From NCBI GenBank assembly GCA_910576995.1, contig CAJTLC010000009.1, forward strand, positions 33,712-97,711: a stretch of DNA of 64,000 nt, written 5' to 3'. This stretch comes from an uncultured Ruminococcus sp. Lineage in GTDB: Bacteria; Bacillota; Clostridia; Oscillospirales; Ruminococcaceae. The position numbers and the translations under genes were made by a program. Under the pieces are notes generated by a model that saw nothing but the letters and a program-made list of their open reading frames with translations, was not told the origin of the DNA and ran no database searches. This document shows, in pieces, positions 1 to 9,895 of this stretch; positions within the stretch are counted from its first letter, which is position 1, and each line of letters starts with the position of its first letter.

Positions 1-5
1 CGGCT

Positions 6-950
6 TTGGGAGCAGCAATTATTTTGGCTTCCGCATTCGCTTCATGCGACGCCGCTCCCACTAAAACAAATGATACCCTCGACGTTGTATGCACGATTTT
101 CCCCTGCTATGACTGGACTAAACAGATAGTCGGCGACGCTCCCGGCGTCAATATTACCTACCTGCTTGAAAACGGTTCGGATCTTCATAATTTTCAGCCA
201 ACTGCTGATGATATGATAAAAATTTCCGAATGCGACGTTTTTATTTACGTTGGCGGCGAATCCGATGAATGGGTGGACGACGCACTTGAAAATGCGCGAA
301 ACAGCGATATGAAGGTGGTCAAGTTGATGGACGTTGTTGCTGAAAATACCGTAGAGGAGGAACTCAAGGAGGGCATGGAGCAAGAATCCGAGCATGACGA
401 AGATGAGGATTCCCCCGAATACGACGAGCATATCTGGCTTTCACTCAACAATGCTCAACGCTGCGTTTCCGCCATTGCTGACGAACTTTGCACTGCTGAC
501 AACAAAAATTCCGCGATATATGCGGAAAATTCCAATTTGTACAAAACCGAACTTCAGCTTCTCGACCGCAGTTTTCACACGCTCCTCGACGAAAGAAAAC
601 CTGTACTTATTTTCGGCGATAGATTCCCGTTCAGATATTTTACTGAAGATTACGCTCTCGACTACTACGCGGCTTTTTTGGGCTGCTCTGCCGATACGGA
701 GGCAAGTTTTGAAACTATAATTTTCCTCGCGCAAAAAGCGGACGAGCTTAATGCGGAATATATCTTTGCTATAGAAAATTCCGACTGCACGATAGCTGAC
801 GCTGTTATCCAAAATACTTCTGATAAATCGCAGAAAATTGCAATTCTTGATTCCGCTCAGTCTGTCTCCGCGCAGCAAATCTCGGATGGCGCGACTTATC
901 TCGGTATCATGAAAAAAAATTATGAAATTCTGGAAGAGGCATTCAAATGA
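6..950 (+). CDS. znuA: Metal (Zn/Mn) ABC transporter substrate-binding lipoprotein, 5' end probably outside the window
   Basis: Lipobox FASC; DLHNFQP and DEHIWLS metal-binding motifs; acidic/His loop; first gene of an ABC operon. Confidence 0.9.
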   Translation: MGAAIILASAFASCDAAPTKTNDTLDVVCTIFPCYDWTKQIVGDAPGVNITYLLENGSDLHNFQPTADDMIKISECDVFIYVGGESDEWVDDALENARNSDMKVVKLMDVVAENTVEEELKEGMEQESEHDEDEDSPEYDEHIWLSLNNAQRCVSAIADELCTADNKNSAIYAENSNLYKTELQLLDRSFHTLLDERKPVLIFGDRFPFRYFTEDYALDYYAAFLGCSADTEASFETIIFLAQKADELNAEYIFAIENSDCTIADAVIQNTSDKSQKIAILDSAQSVSAQQISDGATYLGIMKKNYEILEEAFK

Positions 951-1660
951 GCGAACAGATAATTTGCAGAAACGCCGCCCTCGGATATGAGGACGGCATT
1001 GTTACAGAAGACATTGATTTCACGGTAAACAGCGGCGATTATTTGTGCATTCTCGGCGAAAACGGCTCCGGAAAAAGCACTCTTATCAAGGCGCTTCTCG
1101 GTTTGAAACCGCAGATAAGCGGCGAAATAAAATGGTGCGGCGGTTTTTCAGCGAAAGATATCGGATATCTGCCGCAGCAAACCCCGATACAGCGCGATTT
1201 TCCGGCGTCTGTCAACGAAATAGTATTGTCGGGATGCCTTTCCAAAATGGGACGAAGACCTTTTTACAAGGCTGCGGAAAAAAAATTGGCAGCTGAAAAT
1301 ATGGCTCAGCTGGGAATTTCCGACCTTGCAAAACGCTGCTATAGGGAACTTTCCGGCGGTCAGCAGCAGCGCGTACTTCTTGCAAGAGCATTGTGCGCGG
1401 CAAGTAAAATGCTTCTGCTCGATGAACCCATGACAGGTCTTGATCCTCATGCGCAGTCGGAACTTTATGAAATTATAGCCGCTCTGAACGCTAAGGGAAC
1501 CTCCATAATCATGGTCTCACACGATATTACATCGGCTTTAAAATATGCCACCCATATTCTGCATATATCAAAAAAGCAGCTGTTTTTCGGTGAAAAATCG
1601 AACTACATAAAAAGTTCTGTCTGCAAAACTTTTCTTGAAACGGAGGCAGAAAATGACTGA
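947..1660 (+). CDS. znuC: Metal ABC transporter ATP-binding protein
   Basis: Walker A GENGSGKS, LSGGQ signature, LLLDEP Walker B; ATGA overlap with upstream gene. Confidence 0.92.
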   Translation: MSEQIICRNAALGYEDGIVTEDIDFTVNSGDYLCILGENGSGKSTLIKALLGLKPQISGEIKWCGGFSAKDIGYLPQQTPIQRDFPASVNEIVLSGCLSKMGRRPFYKAAEKKLAAENMAQLGISDLAKRCYRELSGGQQQRVLLARALCAASKMLLLDEPMTGLDPHAQSELYEIIAALNAKGTSIIMVSHDITSALKYATHILHISKKQLFFGEKSNYIKSSVCKTFLETEAEND

Positions 1661-2504
1661 TATATTTTCAACTCTTCAATACTATTTTTCATATCCGTTC
1701 GTTTGGTACGCGCTTATAGTTGTGCTGCTTATCGCGCTCTGTTCGTCTCTGCTGGGAGTTACGCTGGTTTTGAAACGCTTTTCATTCATTGGAGACGGAC
1801 TTTCACACGTCGCATTCGGCGCAATGGCGATAGCCGCCGTAATCGGCATTACTGACAAAATGATAATCATCCTGCCTGTTACCGTGCTTTCGGCAATTCT
1901 TCTTTTGCGAACGGGGAAAAATACAAAAATAAAAGGCGACGCCTCAATTGCAATGATTTCTGTCAGCGCATTGGCTCTTGGCTATATATTAATGAATATT
2001 TTTCCGGTTTCGTCGAATATTTCAGCCGACGTCTGCGGTTCTTTGTTCGGTTCAACGTCGATATTGAAGCTGAAAATTGAGGATGTATGGCTATGCATCG
2101 TCTTATCCGTAATCGTGCTTGCAATATTTGTTTTATTTTATAACAGGATATTCAGCGTGACATTTGACGAAAGCTTTTCAAAGGCGACAGGAATCAATTC
2201 CGACGCATATAATTTAATGATCGCGATTATTACCGCAGTCATAATCGTACTTGCCATGAATCTTGTCGGCTCGCTGCTTGTTTCGGCGCTTATAATCTTC
2301 CCTGCACTTTCAGCGATGCGCCTCTTCAAAAGCTTCAAAAGCGTTACCATCTGCTCGGCAATTATTTCAGTTATTTGCGCAGCAGCAGGAATTATATTAT
2401 CCATATTATTAAAAACTCCTACAGGCGCAACGATAGTAGCGGCAGATATAGCTGTATTCTTGATTTTCAGCCTTGCTTCCATACTGACTTCAAAATCAAA
2501 ATAA
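1653..2504 (+). CDS. znuB: Metal ABC transporter permease
   Basis: ABC-3 motif IGDGLSHVAF; multiple TM helices; ATG at 1653 after GGAGG. Confidence 0.9.
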   Translation: MTDIFSTLQYYFSYPFVWYALIVVLLIALCSSLLGVTLVLKRFSFIGDGLSHVAFGAMAIAAVIGITDKMIIILPVTVLSAILLLRTGKNTKIKGDASIAMISVSALALGYILMNIFPVSSNISADVCGSLFGSTSILKLKIEDVWLCIVLSVIVLAIFVLFYNRIFSVTFDESFSKATGINSDAYNLMIAIITAVIIVLAMNLVGSLLVSALIIFPALSAMRLFKSFKSVTICSAIISVICAAAGIILSILLKTPTGATIVAADIAVFLIFSLASILTSKSK

Positions 2505-2505
2505 T

Positions 2506-2543
2506 AAAAAACCGCTGAAATCTTGAAATTACAGCGGTTTTTT
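2506..2543. terminator. Bidirectional intrinsic terminator
   Basis: AAAAACCGCTG...CAGCGGTTTTTT between convergent genes. Confidence 0.75.
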
Positions 2544-2550
2544 ATTATTA

Positions 2551-2712
2551 GAACTTGACTTCACAAGATTCGTGTGCGGATTTTCGACAAGATTTTGTCG
2601 ATGACAAGGCAAAAAATTCGCAGGCATACTTGAGTATGGCAAGGATTTTTAACGCAGTCAGCGGCAAAATCTTGCCGAAATGACGTGCGCTATATCTTGT
2701 GAAGACAAATTC
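2551..2712. mobile_element. MITE-like hairpin element, family A copy A1
   Basis: Imperfect TIR GAACTTGACTTCACAAGAT / ATCTTGTGAAGACAAATTC; TTA on both flanks (the right TTA is the stop codon of the FkbM gene); core CAAGGC...AACGCAG. Confidence 0.85.
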
Positions 2713-3777
2713 TTATAACGTAGCATAAAGATTAGTTTCCCATGCAGGTATATAAAGCTGATGCCGTATATAAAGCTTATAATCGGGATTTATTGTCTTG
2801 ACCAGAAGCGGCAGTTCAAAAATATCCTCGTTGCGATGATAAAGCGACACCATAAGCTTCGGCGAATAACGCGCTATAGTATTTGCCGCTCCCCATATCG
2901 CCTCGCGTTCAAAGCCCTCAACGTCCATTTTTATAATGCTCGCGGAACGGCGGCTGAGAATATTATCAACGGACAACGCCTGAATCATCGTATCGGAACT
3001 CGCCGAGATAGACGACTGCCTGCCAGCTTTAGCCGAAAAGGGAAGTTCAGTATCTACGCACCAAGCGGCTGCATTATATGCAAAAACATGAAGCATTCCG
3101 TCAATAAATTTCGACAGCTTCTTGAAATTCTTCCTGTCGGGTTCAAGAGCATATATGCCCGCATACATTCCATGAGTAAATTCTAATAATTCACGAATCG
3201 TATCTCCGTTATATGCGCCGAGATCCACATAAGTTTCATTCAATTTAGGCTTTATTATATTTCTGTAAATATCGGCTTTAGGCGTCGTAACGCTCGATAA
3301 ATAATCAATATTTCCGCTGATCTTGAAATTGATTATATTCGCATAGACCTTTCGGGAATAATCATCTTCGAGGCTGTCGTATACGCGGCGAAGCTTTGCA
3401 GCATTTTGCAGGCAATATTCATATGTAAAAAGTCCGCCGCCTGCAACCGGAACGTCAGGCACATAAAGCGTATGTCTGGCAGCAAGATTATGAATCTTAT
3501 CAACGATCGCCTGATATCCTGCCGCAAATGCAAGGACAACCACAAAATCATCGACCATTTCTTCGATTTCAGACAGCTTATGAACGCGATAGCCTTCAAA
3601 TGAATGACCGCGAACAAAATCATCGCTGGCAAAAATACCTGAAAGGAGAATACCCTTTTGCCTGAAAACGGACATGATCTTCAACGCGCCGTCGCCCATA
3701 CCATAAATAAAAATTGGTCTTGTTTCCTCTTTAAGTTTATCCCATGAGGATTTTTTTTCTGTTATAAATGAAATCAT
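2713..3777 (-). CDS. FkbM-family SAM-dependent methyltransferase
   Basis: VDLGAYNGD SAM motif, ALEPD, IKMDVEGFE, SLYH. Confidence 0.85.
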   Translation of the reverse strand: MISFITEKKSSWDKLKEETRPIFIYGMGDGALKIMSVFRQKGILLSGIFASDDFVRGHSFEGYRVHKLSEIEEMVDDFVVVLAFAAGYQAIVDKIHNLAARHTLYVPDVPVAGGGLFTYEYCLQNAAKLRRVYDSLEDDYSRKVYANIINFKISGNIDYLSSVTTPKADIYRNIIKPKLNETYVDLGAYNGDTIRELLEFTHGMYAGIYALEPDRKNFKKLSKFIDGMLHVFAYNAAAWCVDTELPFSAKAGRQSSISASSDTMIQALSVDNILSRRSASIIKMDVEGFEREAIWGAANTIARYSPKLMVSLYHRNEDIFELPLLVKTINPDYKLYIRHQLYIPAWETNLYATL

Positions 3778-3793
3778 TTTGAAACTCCAAGTA

Positions 3794-4207
3794 TTATATA
3801 TCTATATCTCCGCAGCAATCGTCGTCATGGTGGTGATAATCATGACTGCTGCCATACATATCTCTGCCGCGTGTGCCATATCTGTCACGCATTTGATTTG
3901 CATATTTATCAATAGTTTCCGACACACGGCGGACGTTAGTAATGCTTTTCACCTCTTTGGTAGGCGTATCGGCGTCTTTACTGTAGATCACGATAGTTCC
4001 GCATCCGAAGAGCCTCTGCCAAAAGGAACGCTTAATACTTTTATCGATAATTTTATAAAGATCGATCTCATCTTCTTTAATGCTTAAAAAGCCTGTTTGC
4101 GTAATAAATTTTGTTTCTGTCAGATAATACCTCGTCAATGAGATCGGAAGTCCGAAGAGCGTTCTTTTTTTATCGGTCCATACGTAATCTATCTCGTCTC
4201 TTGCCAT
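3794..4207 (-). CDS. Bacterial PH-domain (bPH_2-like) protein with His/Cys/Asp-rich tail
   Basis: WQRLFGCGTI motif typical of bPH_2; C-terminus HDYHHHDDDCCGD. Confidence 0.7.
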   Translation of the reverse strand: MARDEIDYVWTDKKRTLFGLPISLTRYYLTETKFITQTGFLSIKEDEIDLYKIIDKSIKRSFWQRLFGCGTIVIYSKDADTPTKEVKSITNVRRVSETIDKYANQMRDRYGTRGRDMYGSSHDYHHHDDDCCGDIDI

Positions 4208-4434
4208 AGAAAAAACTCCTTTTTTGCCGAAATAACCGCTTTATTTTATTTTAACACAAATTCATATTAAAGTCAATATCAATTGAAAATTAACTTATTT
4301 TATAAATATACAATTTGAACTTTCTGTAAATTTTTATGATAATCAACTATTTTACATTTAAAAATCTCCATTTTTATCCTTATTATAGAGAGCAAAACAC
4401 AAGCATACAAATTAATTAAAAAAAGGAGAGTCAA

Positions 4435-4662
4435 ATGAATTCAACTATAATAATCTCTGTTATTTCACTTATGGGAACGCTGTTTGGCAGCTTAAGCGGA
4501 ATTATGGTAAGTTCCAAACTTACTAATTACCGCATTGAGCAGCTTGAGAAAAAGGTCGACAAGCACAATAATTTCGCCGAGCGAATACCGCTTATCAGCG
4601 AACGAATCGACGTTATCAACCGCAGATTGGAGGCTTTTGAGCATGAAACGGAAACTCATTAA
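4435..4662 (+). CDS. Small phage-type membrane protein (holin-associated/XhlA-like)
   Basis: AAGGAG RBS; N-terminal TM helix then coiled coil YRIEQLEKKVDKHNN, typical of Firmicute phage lysis cassettes. Confidence 0.65.
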   Translation: MNSTIIISVISLMGTLFGSLSGIMVSSKLTNYRIEQLEKKVDKHNNFAERIPLISERIDVINRRLEAFEHETETH

Positions 4663-4816
4663 ACTATTAGACGTAAAATCCGTCGTAACGCTTGCGTCAA
4701 TGCTGATATTCGGCTATTTATCGCTGAAAGGCAGCATTGACGCAGAACAGTTCCTCACTATTTTCACAACCATAATAGCCTTTTACTTCGGCACGCAGCA
4801 TCAGAAAAATAATTAG
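4643..4816 (+). CDS. Putative phage holin (57 aa, 2 TM)
   Basis: GGAGG RBS then ATG at 4643; FTTIIAFYFG motif typical of small holins. Confidence 0.65.
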   Translation: MKRKLIKLLDVKSVVTLASMLIFGYLSLKGSIDAEQFLTIFTTIIAFYFGTQHQKNN

Positions 4817-4846
4817 GATGTGTTGACGCACTCTATGGCTTGTTTG

Positions 4847-4893
4847 AAAAATCCGCACAAGACATAACAAAGTCATCTTGTGCGGATTTTTTT
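4847..4893. terminator. Bidirectional intrinsic terminator
   Basis: AAAAATCCGCACAAGA...TCTTGTGCGGATTTTTTT between the holin-like genes and ftsH. Confidence 0.75.
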
Positions 4894-6751
4894 AATTTAC
4901 AACAGGCTCGATATTTTCGCCTTTCATAAGACGTTCAAAATCAGCGCCGTCTATTTTTTCATACTTCAGAAGATAATTTGCAAGAGTATGCATTTTCTCG
5001 GAATTTGCTTGAATAATAGCCTTGCAGTCGGAGTAAGCCTTTTCGATAATATTTTTAACTTCCTCGTCGATCTGCGCCGCCACTGCTTCGCTGTAATTTC
5101 TCGTATGACCGTAATCCTTACCAAGAAATACCTCGTCGTTATCCGAACCATAAACAACAGTACCCAGTTTATTTGAGAATCCGTATTTCGTAACCATACT
5201 TCTGGCTGTGTTTGTCGCCCTCTCGATGTCGTTTGAAGCTCCTGTACAAATATCGTCAAGGAAAGTTTCCTCCGCAACTCTTCCGCCAAGCAGCATAATT
5301 ATACTTTCTCTCATCTGATTGCGCGAAACGTGCATATCGTCGCTGTCGGGTCTTGTAATGGTAAGTCCCGCCGCCATTCCGCGCTGAATTATAGTGACCT
5401 GATGAACCTTATCCTGCGTGGGAAGATTATAAGCTGCAACTGCATGACCTGCCTCATGATAAGCGGTAACTTTTCTGTCGCGCTCGGTAACGATTCGGGA
5501 TTTCTTCTCAGGACCGGCAATAACTTTTATTGTCGCCTCTTCGATATCCTTTTCAGTTATGGACATTCTGTTATTTCTCGCAGCAAGAAGAGCCGCTTCA
5601 TTCAACAGATTTTCAAGATCAGCGCCGGTAAAGCCCTGCGTAGTTTTGGCGATCACTCTGAGATCAACATCGGGAGCAAGCGGCTTATTATTCGCATGAA
5701 CCATGAGAATATCCTCGCGTCCTTTAACATCGGGATAACCGACAACGATCTGTCTGTCGAATCTGCCGGGACGAAGAAGAGCGGGATCGAGTATATCGCG
5801 GCGGTTGGTAGCCGCAATAACGATAACGCTGTCGCTGCCCGAAAATCCGTCCATTTCAACAAGAAGCTGATTAAGAGTCTGCTCTCGTTCATCATGACCG
5901 CCGCCGAGACCTGCGCCTCTGTGACGACCTACGGCGTCGATCTCATCAATAAATATTATAGATGGAGCGTGTTTTTTCGCCTGTTCAAAAAGATCTCTTA
6001 CACGAGAAGCTCCGACGCCTACAAACATTTCCACGAAATCAGAACCAGAAATCGAGAAAAACGGACAGCCTGCCTCGCCTGCAACGGCTCGCGCAAGAAG
6101 AGTTTTACCCGTGCCGGGAGGTCCGAGAAGCAGCACGCCCTTAGGAATTTTCGCGCCGATATCAGTATATTTGCGTGGATGCTTAAGGAAATCAACGATC
6201 TCTTCAAGTTCGCGCTTTTCTTCGTCCGCACCCGCGACCTGCTTGAAAGTCGCCGTGCGCGTATCGATCTGATTTTTCAGATTCGCCTTGCCGAATGAAG
6301 AATACTTACTGCCTCCGCCGCTTTGCTTCATCATGAAGTAAAGGATGAAAACGCCCAATACAACGGTAAGAAGCACGGGAATCAGCGAATAAAGCCATGT
6401 TCTGTCGGTTATTTTTATATAATTCTGAACCAGCTTTTCTTTAGGATATTTTTCATTGTATTCCGTGCGGTAATTTTCCGTATCTTTAAGGAATATGTCA
6501 ACATTCGGAACATTGAACTTCTGTTTTTTCTCTTCTCCGCGGAGCTGATAGATCAATTCGCCCGAACCGAGATCAAGTTCGTAATACGAAACCTTGTAAT
6601 CGTCAAAGTAATTTATTATCTGCGTATAATCGGTCTTTGCACTATTGTCCGAAAGCTTTGATATCACGAAATAAATGCAGAAAAGAGATATAAGAAGGAT
6701 CAAAATATAGGTAAAAATACCCCTGTTTTTTCTTGGTGTCAAGTTGCACAC
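4892..6751 (-). CDS. ftsH: ATP-dependent zinc metalloprotease FtsH (start may be TTG at 6742)
   Basis: 2 TM helices, [18 protein letters not shown] motif [15 protein letters not shown]. Confidence 0.97.
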   Translation of the reverse strand: MCNLTPRKNRGIFTYILILLISLFCIYFVISKLSDNSAKTDYTQIINYFDDYKVSYYELDLGSGELIYQLRGEEKKQKFNVPNVDIFLKDTENYRTEYNEKYPKEKLVQNYIKITDRTWLYSLIPVLLTVVLGVFILYFMMKQSGGGSKYSSFGKANLKNQIDTRTATFKQVAGADEEKRELEEIVDFLKHPRKYTDIGAKIPKGVLLLGPPGTGKTLLARAVAGEAGCPFFSISGSDFVEMFVGVGASRVRDLFEQAKKHAPSIIFIDEIDAVGRHRGAGLGGGHDEREQTLNQLLVEMDGFSGSDSVIVIAATNRRDILDPALLRPGRFDRQIVVGYPDVKGREDILMVHANNKPLAPDVDLRVIAKTTQGFTGADLENLLNEAALLAARNNRMSITEKDIEEATIKVIAGPEKKSRIVTERDRKVTAYHEAGHAVAAYNLPTQDKVHQVTIIQRGMAAGLTITRPDSDDMHVSRNQMRESIIMLLGGRVAEETFLDDICTGASNDIERATNTARSMVTKYGFSNKLGTVVYGSDNDEVFLGKDYGHTRNYSEAVAAQIDEEVKNIIEKAYSDCKAIIQANSEKMHTLANYLLKYEKIDGADFERLMKGENIEPVVN

Positions 6752-6757
6752 TCCAAT

Positions 6758-8092
6758 CTATTTGCGAATTACGGTTATTTTCAGCAGACGCTTCGTATTT
6801 TCATCCGGTGTTACGCGCTGTGCGACGCCGATCATTTCCCCGAAAACGATTCCCTCCCCGTCCTCAATAAAATAGAGAGTGGGTCGGATATTTTTCGGTA
6901 TCTTTTCATTTATAATTTTTTTCACCGAAGAAGTGAAATCCCTGCCGCTTAGCCGAATTCTGTCGCCGTACTTTCTGTTTCTCACAACAGTCTTTCCTAT
7001 TATTTTATCATAATCGAGAAGAGAAAATGTTAATTTTTTATTAACAAAATCAATTTTCGTCAAACTTTCACATTCGACGATCTCGCAAATCATGACAGTA
7101 TCAGGGAAAAGACTGTTTTCGCCAATTTTCAGCGGTATCGAAATCAACTCCTCGCTTTTGGGAATGATTTTCTCCAGCCTCGAATTTTTCCCGTCGGAAA
7201 CAAAATAAATATTACCCGAAATATTCAGCTTTCCGCCGTTTTGCATTATCTTTCCGCATTCTTCAAGCCGCTTGTGAGATATAAGCAGCCCGTTATCCCT
7301 GAGAAGTTTTGCGGCGCATCTCCTGCGAATCACTTCGTCATAATCGCTCATATCAGATAAAACGCCGTTTTTCAGGCATTTTTCAAGAGCTGCGGCGGTT
7401 TCGGATTCGATAAAATCATTTTCGCTGCGGATGCCGTCAATGGTGTTCACGGAAGTTTCAGTCAGCGAAGCGTTCAATTCGCGCATCACGGGAATTATTC
7501 GGCGGCGAATCTTATTTCTGGTGTAATCCTCCGTAAGATTCGTGCTGTCCGTAACGTAATCCTGCCCCTGCAAATCGAGAAATTCCTCGATCTCCCGCCG
7601 CGTGACCGCAAGCATCGGACGAATTATATTATCGCGGACAGGCGGAATTCCGCAAAGCCCCTTGACAGCCGTTCCGCGAACGAGATTTAATATCACGGTT
7701 TCGAGATTATCGTCGGCATTATGAGCCGTGGCTATCTTTTTTCCATGAGAATTGTCCCGAAATATCGCGTATCTCAACTCGCGCGCCGCTTCTTCGGTCG
7801 AAAGGGAAAACTTCTCGGCATAGCCGCGCACATCGCATGATACAGCCTTAAACGGAATTTTCAGTCTGCTGCAAAGACAACGGCAGAATTCTTCGTCTCG
7901 GTCGCTTTCATCACCGCGCAGGCAGTGATTGACATGAAGAGCCTCGACCGAAAAGCCGATCTCACGCGAAATTTCACGCATTGAAAGCAAAAGGCACACG
8001 CTGTCAGCGCCTCCGGAAAGTCCGCATACTACAACGTCGCCGCTGCTGAGCATATCGTATTTTTCAGCGAAATCACGTAGTTTATCAAGCAT
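6758..8092 (-). CDS. tilS: tRNA(Ile)-lysidine synthetase
   Basis: SGGADS PP-loop, HVNHCLR, TAHNADD, RNKIR; start MLDKL at 8092. Confidence 0.95.
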   Translation of the reverse strand: MLDKLRDFAEKYDMLSSGDVVVCGLSGGADSVCLLLSMREISREIGFSVEALHVNHCLRGDESDRDEEFCRCLCSRLKIPFKAVSCDVRGYAEKFSLSTEEAARELRYAIFRDNSHGKKIATAHNADDNLETVILNLVRGTAVKGLCGIPPVRDNIIRPMLAVTRREIEEFLDLQGQDYVTDSTNLTEDYTRNKIRRRIIPVMRELNASLTETSVNTIDGIRSENDFIESETAAALEKCLKNGVLSDMSDYDEVIRRRCAAKLLRDNGLLISHKRLEECGKIMQNGGKLNISGNIYFVSDGKNSRLEKIIPKSEELISIPLKIGENSLFPDTVMICEIVECESLTKIDFVNKKLTFSLLDYDKIIGKTVVRNRKYGDRIRLSGRDFTSSVKKIINEKIPKNIRPTLYFIEDGEGIVFGEMIGVAQRVTPDENTKRLLKITVIRK

Positions 8093-8093
8093 A

Positions 8094-9443
8094 TTATGCC
8101 TCCGCTGCGCTGTAATCGGGATTCGAAAATAACGTAAACTGACCGTTCCATATAAGTTCGACAGTACCGGTTTCACCGTGTCGGTTTTTCGCAACTATAC
8201 ATTCCGAAACATTCTGCCGCTGACTCTCCTTATTATAATAAGCGTCGCGGTAAAGAAAAAGAACTATATCCGCGTCCTGCTCGATAGAACCCGATTCACG
8301 GAGGTCTGAAAGCATAGGACGCTTATCGTTTCTGCTCTCAACAGCACGGGAAAGCTGGGAAAGCAGAATAACAGGCACGTCGAGTTCCTTAGCCATAACC
8401 TTCAGTTGACGAGTGATTTCTGAAATAACGGTAACACGGTTATCGGAATGAGACGTCGAACCCATAAGCTGGAGATAGTCGATGATGACCAATCCGAGAT
8501 TCTTCACGCGGCGCAGTTTAGCTTTCATCTGCTGAACAGTCATGCTCGCCGTATCGTCGATGAACATCGGCAGAGTACTTAAATAAGCCGCGCTGGTCGC
8601 AAGAGTTACCCAATCTTCAGTCTTTATTCTGCCGTTTCGCAGCGCACCTGATTCAACGCGCGCTTCCGTGGACAGCAGACGCGTCGCAAGCTGCTCCTTA
8701 GACATTTCGAGGTTGAACGTAACAACGTCCTTATCGCTTGTTTTCGCAACATTTCGTGCAATATTCATCGCGAATGAAGTTTTTCCCATACCCGGACGGG
8801 CGGCAATAATAATAAGATCCGACTTATTAAGCCCAGAAGTAATGCTGTCAAGCAGGGTAAATCCCGTTCGTGCGCCGACATACAGATCTTTATCTTCACC
8901 TGTTAATTTTCCGAGACGGTCATACGCTTCAAGAACGGCGTCCGCCAATGAAGAAAGGCCGCTGACGTTTCTGCCCTGACGAATATCATATATCTTCTGT
9001 TCAGCCGAATCCAGAAGAAGCTGAGCGTCCTGTTCGCCGCTCTGAACGCTGTCGAGAATATCGCGCGCCGCATATGCAAGACTTCGTATATAATACTTAT
9101 CCTCAACTATTTTACAGTAACTCTCGATATTCGCAGTTGTAGGCAGCGTATTTGCAATATCAGCAAGATAACGTCTGCCCTCGGAAGCGTTTTCGAATAT
9201 GTGGAGCTTCATCGCCTCATTAAGAAGCGTTACAACATCTATAGGTACGCCGCTGGTGAACATCCGGAAAATAATTCCAAAAATAGCCCTGTGACTCTCG
9301 TTAAAGAAATAATCGGGCTTGACTTTTTCTATGATCAGCGGCATTACAGACTGATCGGAAAGCGCGGCGCCGATGACGGACTGCTCCGCCTCGATACTGT
9401 GAGGAAATTCCGAAATTGAAAATGGCAGACCGGTATTCTCCAT
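8094..9443 (-). CDS. dnaB: Replicative DNA helicase
   Basis: PHSIEAEQSV, AARPGMGKT, IDYLQL, SDLRESGSIEQDAD. Confidence 0.97.
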   Translation of the reverse strand: MENTGLPFSISEFPHSIEAEQSVIGAALSDQSVMPLIIEKVKPDYFFNESHRAIFGIIFRMFTSGVPIDVVTLLNEAMKLHIFENASEGRRYLADIANTLPTTANIESYCKIVEDKYYIRSLAYAARDILDSVQSGEQDAQLLLDSAEQKIYDIRQGRNVSGLSSLADAVLEAYDRLGKLTGEDKDLYVGARTGFTLLDSITSGLNKSDLIIIAARPGMGKTSFAMNIARNVAKTSDKDVVTFNLEMSKEQLATRLLSTEARVESGALRNGRIKTEDWVTLATSAAYLSTLPMFIDDTASMTVQQMKAKLRRVKNLGLVIIDYLQLMGSTSHSDNRVTVISEITRQLKVMAKELDVPVILLSQLSRAVESRNDKRPMLSDLRESGSIEQDADIVLFLYRDAYYNKESQRQNVSECIVAKNRHGETGTVELIWNGQFTLFSNPDYSAAEA

Positions 9444-9889
9444 TATCCCTCAATTACCTCAATATCGATCTTCTCGCTGATACCCGCGTAAAACTTTATG
9501 ACTGCGCTGTATGTGCCGAAATTCTTGATATCGGAACTGAGGCTGATCTTCTTCTTATCGACTTTAACGCCAAACTGCTCAGCGAGAGCGTCAGCAATAT
9601 GAGCGGCAGTAACCGAACCGAAAAGTCTGTCATTAGAACCTGCTTTAGCCTTGATGATAACTTTTTTATCCTTAACGGCAGCGGCAGCTTCAGCAGCAGC
9701 CTTTTTCTCCGTATCGATCTTGTGCTGCGCGGAAGACTGCTGTCCCGCTAATTTGCTGAGATTGGCAGGCGTAGCCTCGACAGCAAGTCCTTTTGGAATA
9801 AGCATATTTCTTGCAAAACCGTCGGCGACGTTCTTAACTTCGCCCTTTTTGCCCGAACCTTTGACATCCTGCAAATAAATAACTTTCAT
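9443..9889 (-). CDS. rplI: 50S ribosomal protein L9
   Basis: [34 protein letters not shown]. Confidence 0.97.
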   Translation of the reverse strand: MKVIYLQDVKGSGKKGEVKNVADGFARNMLIPKGLAVEATPANLSKLAGQQSSAQHKIDTEKKAAAEAAAAVKDKKVIIKAKAGSNDRLFGSVTAAHIADALAEQFGVKVDKKKISLSSDIKNFGTYSAVIKFYAGISEKIDIEVIEG

Positions 9890-9895
9890 AACAAC

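Noticed and set aside
5330..6298. 322-aa plus-strand ORF
   Set aside because: Antisense shadow of ftsH with no RBS or recognisable motifs.
6752..6757. hpt missing from the usual tilS-hpt-ftsH order
   Set aside because: Ordinary gene-order variation; no remnant is visible.
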